A stretch of 47,991 nucleotides of DNA from Nemertoderma westbladi. Lineage: Eukaryota > Animalia > Xenacoelomorpha. This document shows, piece by piece, positions 47,301-47,991 of this stretch. The notes beneath the pieces were generated by a model. It was not told where the DNA came from, did no database searches, and saw nothing but the letters and a program-made list of their open reading frames with translations. Location of the stretch: positions 1 through 47,991 of the forward strand of contig JAUCBJ010000464.1 of assembly GCA_032718475.1 (NCBI GenBank), read 5' to 3'. The position numbers and the translations under genes are program-made. The first letter of the stretch is position 1, and every line of letters starts with the position of its first letter.

Positions 47301-47615
47301 AATGTCGCTGTTAAAATCGGAAATAATTGTCGAGGATTCAAATATATCGTCGTCGTCTGAAGAAATAGTTGTAAAAGGGAAAATATCATAATAACAATGC
47401 ATACAATAATGACCAGAAAAAGATTTGGATCCATATAATTCATTGAGTTCAGCAATAGTCAGGTGAGAACCGCATGGTAGGTGGAACCAATTTCTACATA
47501 AAATACAGTGAAAGGGAATATCAGAAGGGACAAACTGTGAGTAGCAAAATGTGCATGAGGAACAGGGGGAAGGGGGAGGGGTTTGGGACAGGATTCTTGT
47601 AATTGGGATAGACAT
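44319..47615 (-). CDS. LINE ORF2: N-terminal PHD finger, APE endonuclease, reverse transcriptase (1098 aa)
   Basis: CTFC...CILCRNWFHLPC...CMHC; HLNCRSL, YRPP, GDFN, TDH; NYRPISLL, DLKKAFDT, PQGSVLSP, FADD; no stops. Confidence 0.95.
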   Translation of the reverse strand: MSIPITRILSQTPPPSPCSSCTFCYSQFVPSDIPFHCILCRNWFHLPCGSHLTIAELNELYGSKSFSGHYCMHCYYDIFPFTTISSDDDDIFESSTIISDFNSDITNPKFSSIDPDIHILNTARYSEYYTDDGFNDEIQLINSKPNFSIFHLNCRSLNRNLSPTTDILSTLEHDFDMLTFSETLVGENEDLSKLQIEGYAGPFLSARPSGRKTGTGWGVGYYIKDNINFLEKPELKVDGIENKWIQIKTNSNKNLLVGIIYRPPSVNFNTFHEIFDKLLLSISNLNVDIVLAGDFNVNLNKITKESSQYLKTISSYGFTQLIKQPTRIVFGANSTLDHIITNISTCINSSGVFLSEYGTTDHLATFAIFQEFSAFFEQPKKITTYDYSKFKATDFLFDFQSVPMSSYRSQDIPNESKFEHFYQYFEKICNKHLPKKFIPKRKITHKPWITQALLKCIKKKNRLFSKFLKIPIAYNESNYKKYKNGLNTILKAAEKSYYESQFNKNRGNMRKTWAVINSVLHRSKKSAMPTKMNFITSDGIKTTNDPIKIASTLNEHFSSIGSKLERSMPRPVRSPTRHIRSYNSKSFSLVPTTVPEIHYLILQLNTNSATNDNFPTKLLRTIAEPLAHHLTYLINLSITIGNFPDCLKYAKIIPNYKGGDPLDPNNYRPISLLPVFSKIYEQIIYSQLQNYLERFSILTSRQFGFRKKISTSYAILTVTEKIRSILDSKNSACAIYIDLKKAFDTLDHNILLKKLDTYGIRGTPKNLFQSFLSNRSQSVSLNNCLSPPLHLSCGTPQGSVLSPLLFLLYINDLPNASNLLTTLFADDTTLLHSHKDLELLITTANYELDKISDWLVDNRLSLNLTKTEYFISSNQRHDCLPKIKIKNNNIKQVECAKFLGVLMDRKLNWKSHINYILAKICKTSGIFYKLRHIFPLEILRTLYFCLVHPYITYSILAWGSTHTTTIRPLRIKINKIIRCITFSHYQASSIPIYRSLNILPLESLFKFHLGQLLFDALSNTNHPLSTLFSKSSEFHHYNTRSSASGKLVIPLTHLHVAHQSISVLGPLFWNSLPNNIINIKSATIFKQTLKKHLKDNMT

Positions 47616-47883
47616 GACAGTTTAATTTATCTCGTACTGGAACGGACCATACATTACATATATATAGATAATATATCTGTACTTCAATACTCAATTAAAA
47701 ATAAGATTTCTTAGAATGGCAGACATTTTACAGTTGTTCTAAATTTGATTTCCTTAGTAATATCCCTCACTTGGTTCATTATTATTAAAATTCCTTACTC
47801 AGATCTTCTTTCTTAATTAAATTATTTAATTAATTAATTCGTTAATATAAAAATACCGTGCGTCCGTTAACAGCTTGCTTCCT

Positions 47884-47991
47884 TCATGGAAGTTTGTCGG
47901 ACTCGAGCGACTCGAAGGAGTTACTGATTTGAATAGGTTTACCGGAGACGCGACTGCTCGATGCATCGCGTGGACGGAGAGATCGATCAAC
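47884..47991 (-). CDS. Probable C-terminal end of LINE ORF1 (partial at window edge)
   Basis: Open frame VDRSLRPRDASSSRVSGKPIQISNSFESLESDKLP* upstream of ORF2; the SNxFxxL motif is common in LINE ORF1 proteins. Confidence 0.4.
   Translation of the reverse strand, partial: VDRSLRPRDASSSRVSGKPIQISNSFESLESDKLP

Larger units (their letters stand above)
43896..47991 (-). mobile_element. L2/Crack/CR1-group LINE, probably full length, extending beyond the right edge
   Basis: Intact ORF2; 3' UTR with poly-C and a stem-loop-like segment near 44015-44070; (ATTGA)n tail at 43896-43911. Confidence 0.9.

Overview
AT-rich, transposon-dense eukaryotic window, most likely an invertebrate animal (the species cannot be determined from sequence). 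It contains one host gene, an intronless cytohesin (ARNO/GRP1/steppke-type Arf-GEF, minus strand), surrounded by mobile DNA. (i) A complete 12.5-kb Bel/Pao LTR element (3435-15902, minus, TSD ATTTG, near-identical LTRs) keeps an intact Gag-protease ORF, has lost RT and integrase except for short in-frame remnants, and carries a decayed extra ORF of unknown family; the 5' LTR and leader of a related copy lie at 1-3130. (ii) A decayed CR1-type LINE with a nested RTE-type fragment. (iii) Several MITE/HINE-like elements and satellites. (iv) An intact-ORF Ty3/Gypsy element whose integrase ends in a TAF3-like PHD finger. (v) An intact-ORF2 L2/Crack/CR1-group LINE with an N-terminal PHD finger. The strongest novel signal: neither Bel/Pao copy has a tRNA primer-binding site. 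Instead the 11-12 nt abutting the 5' LTR are perfectly complementary to a site inside the LTR, with a compensatory base change between the two copies, suggesting Tf1-like self-primed reverse transcription in a Bel/Pao family. All calls were made by eye; no searches were run.
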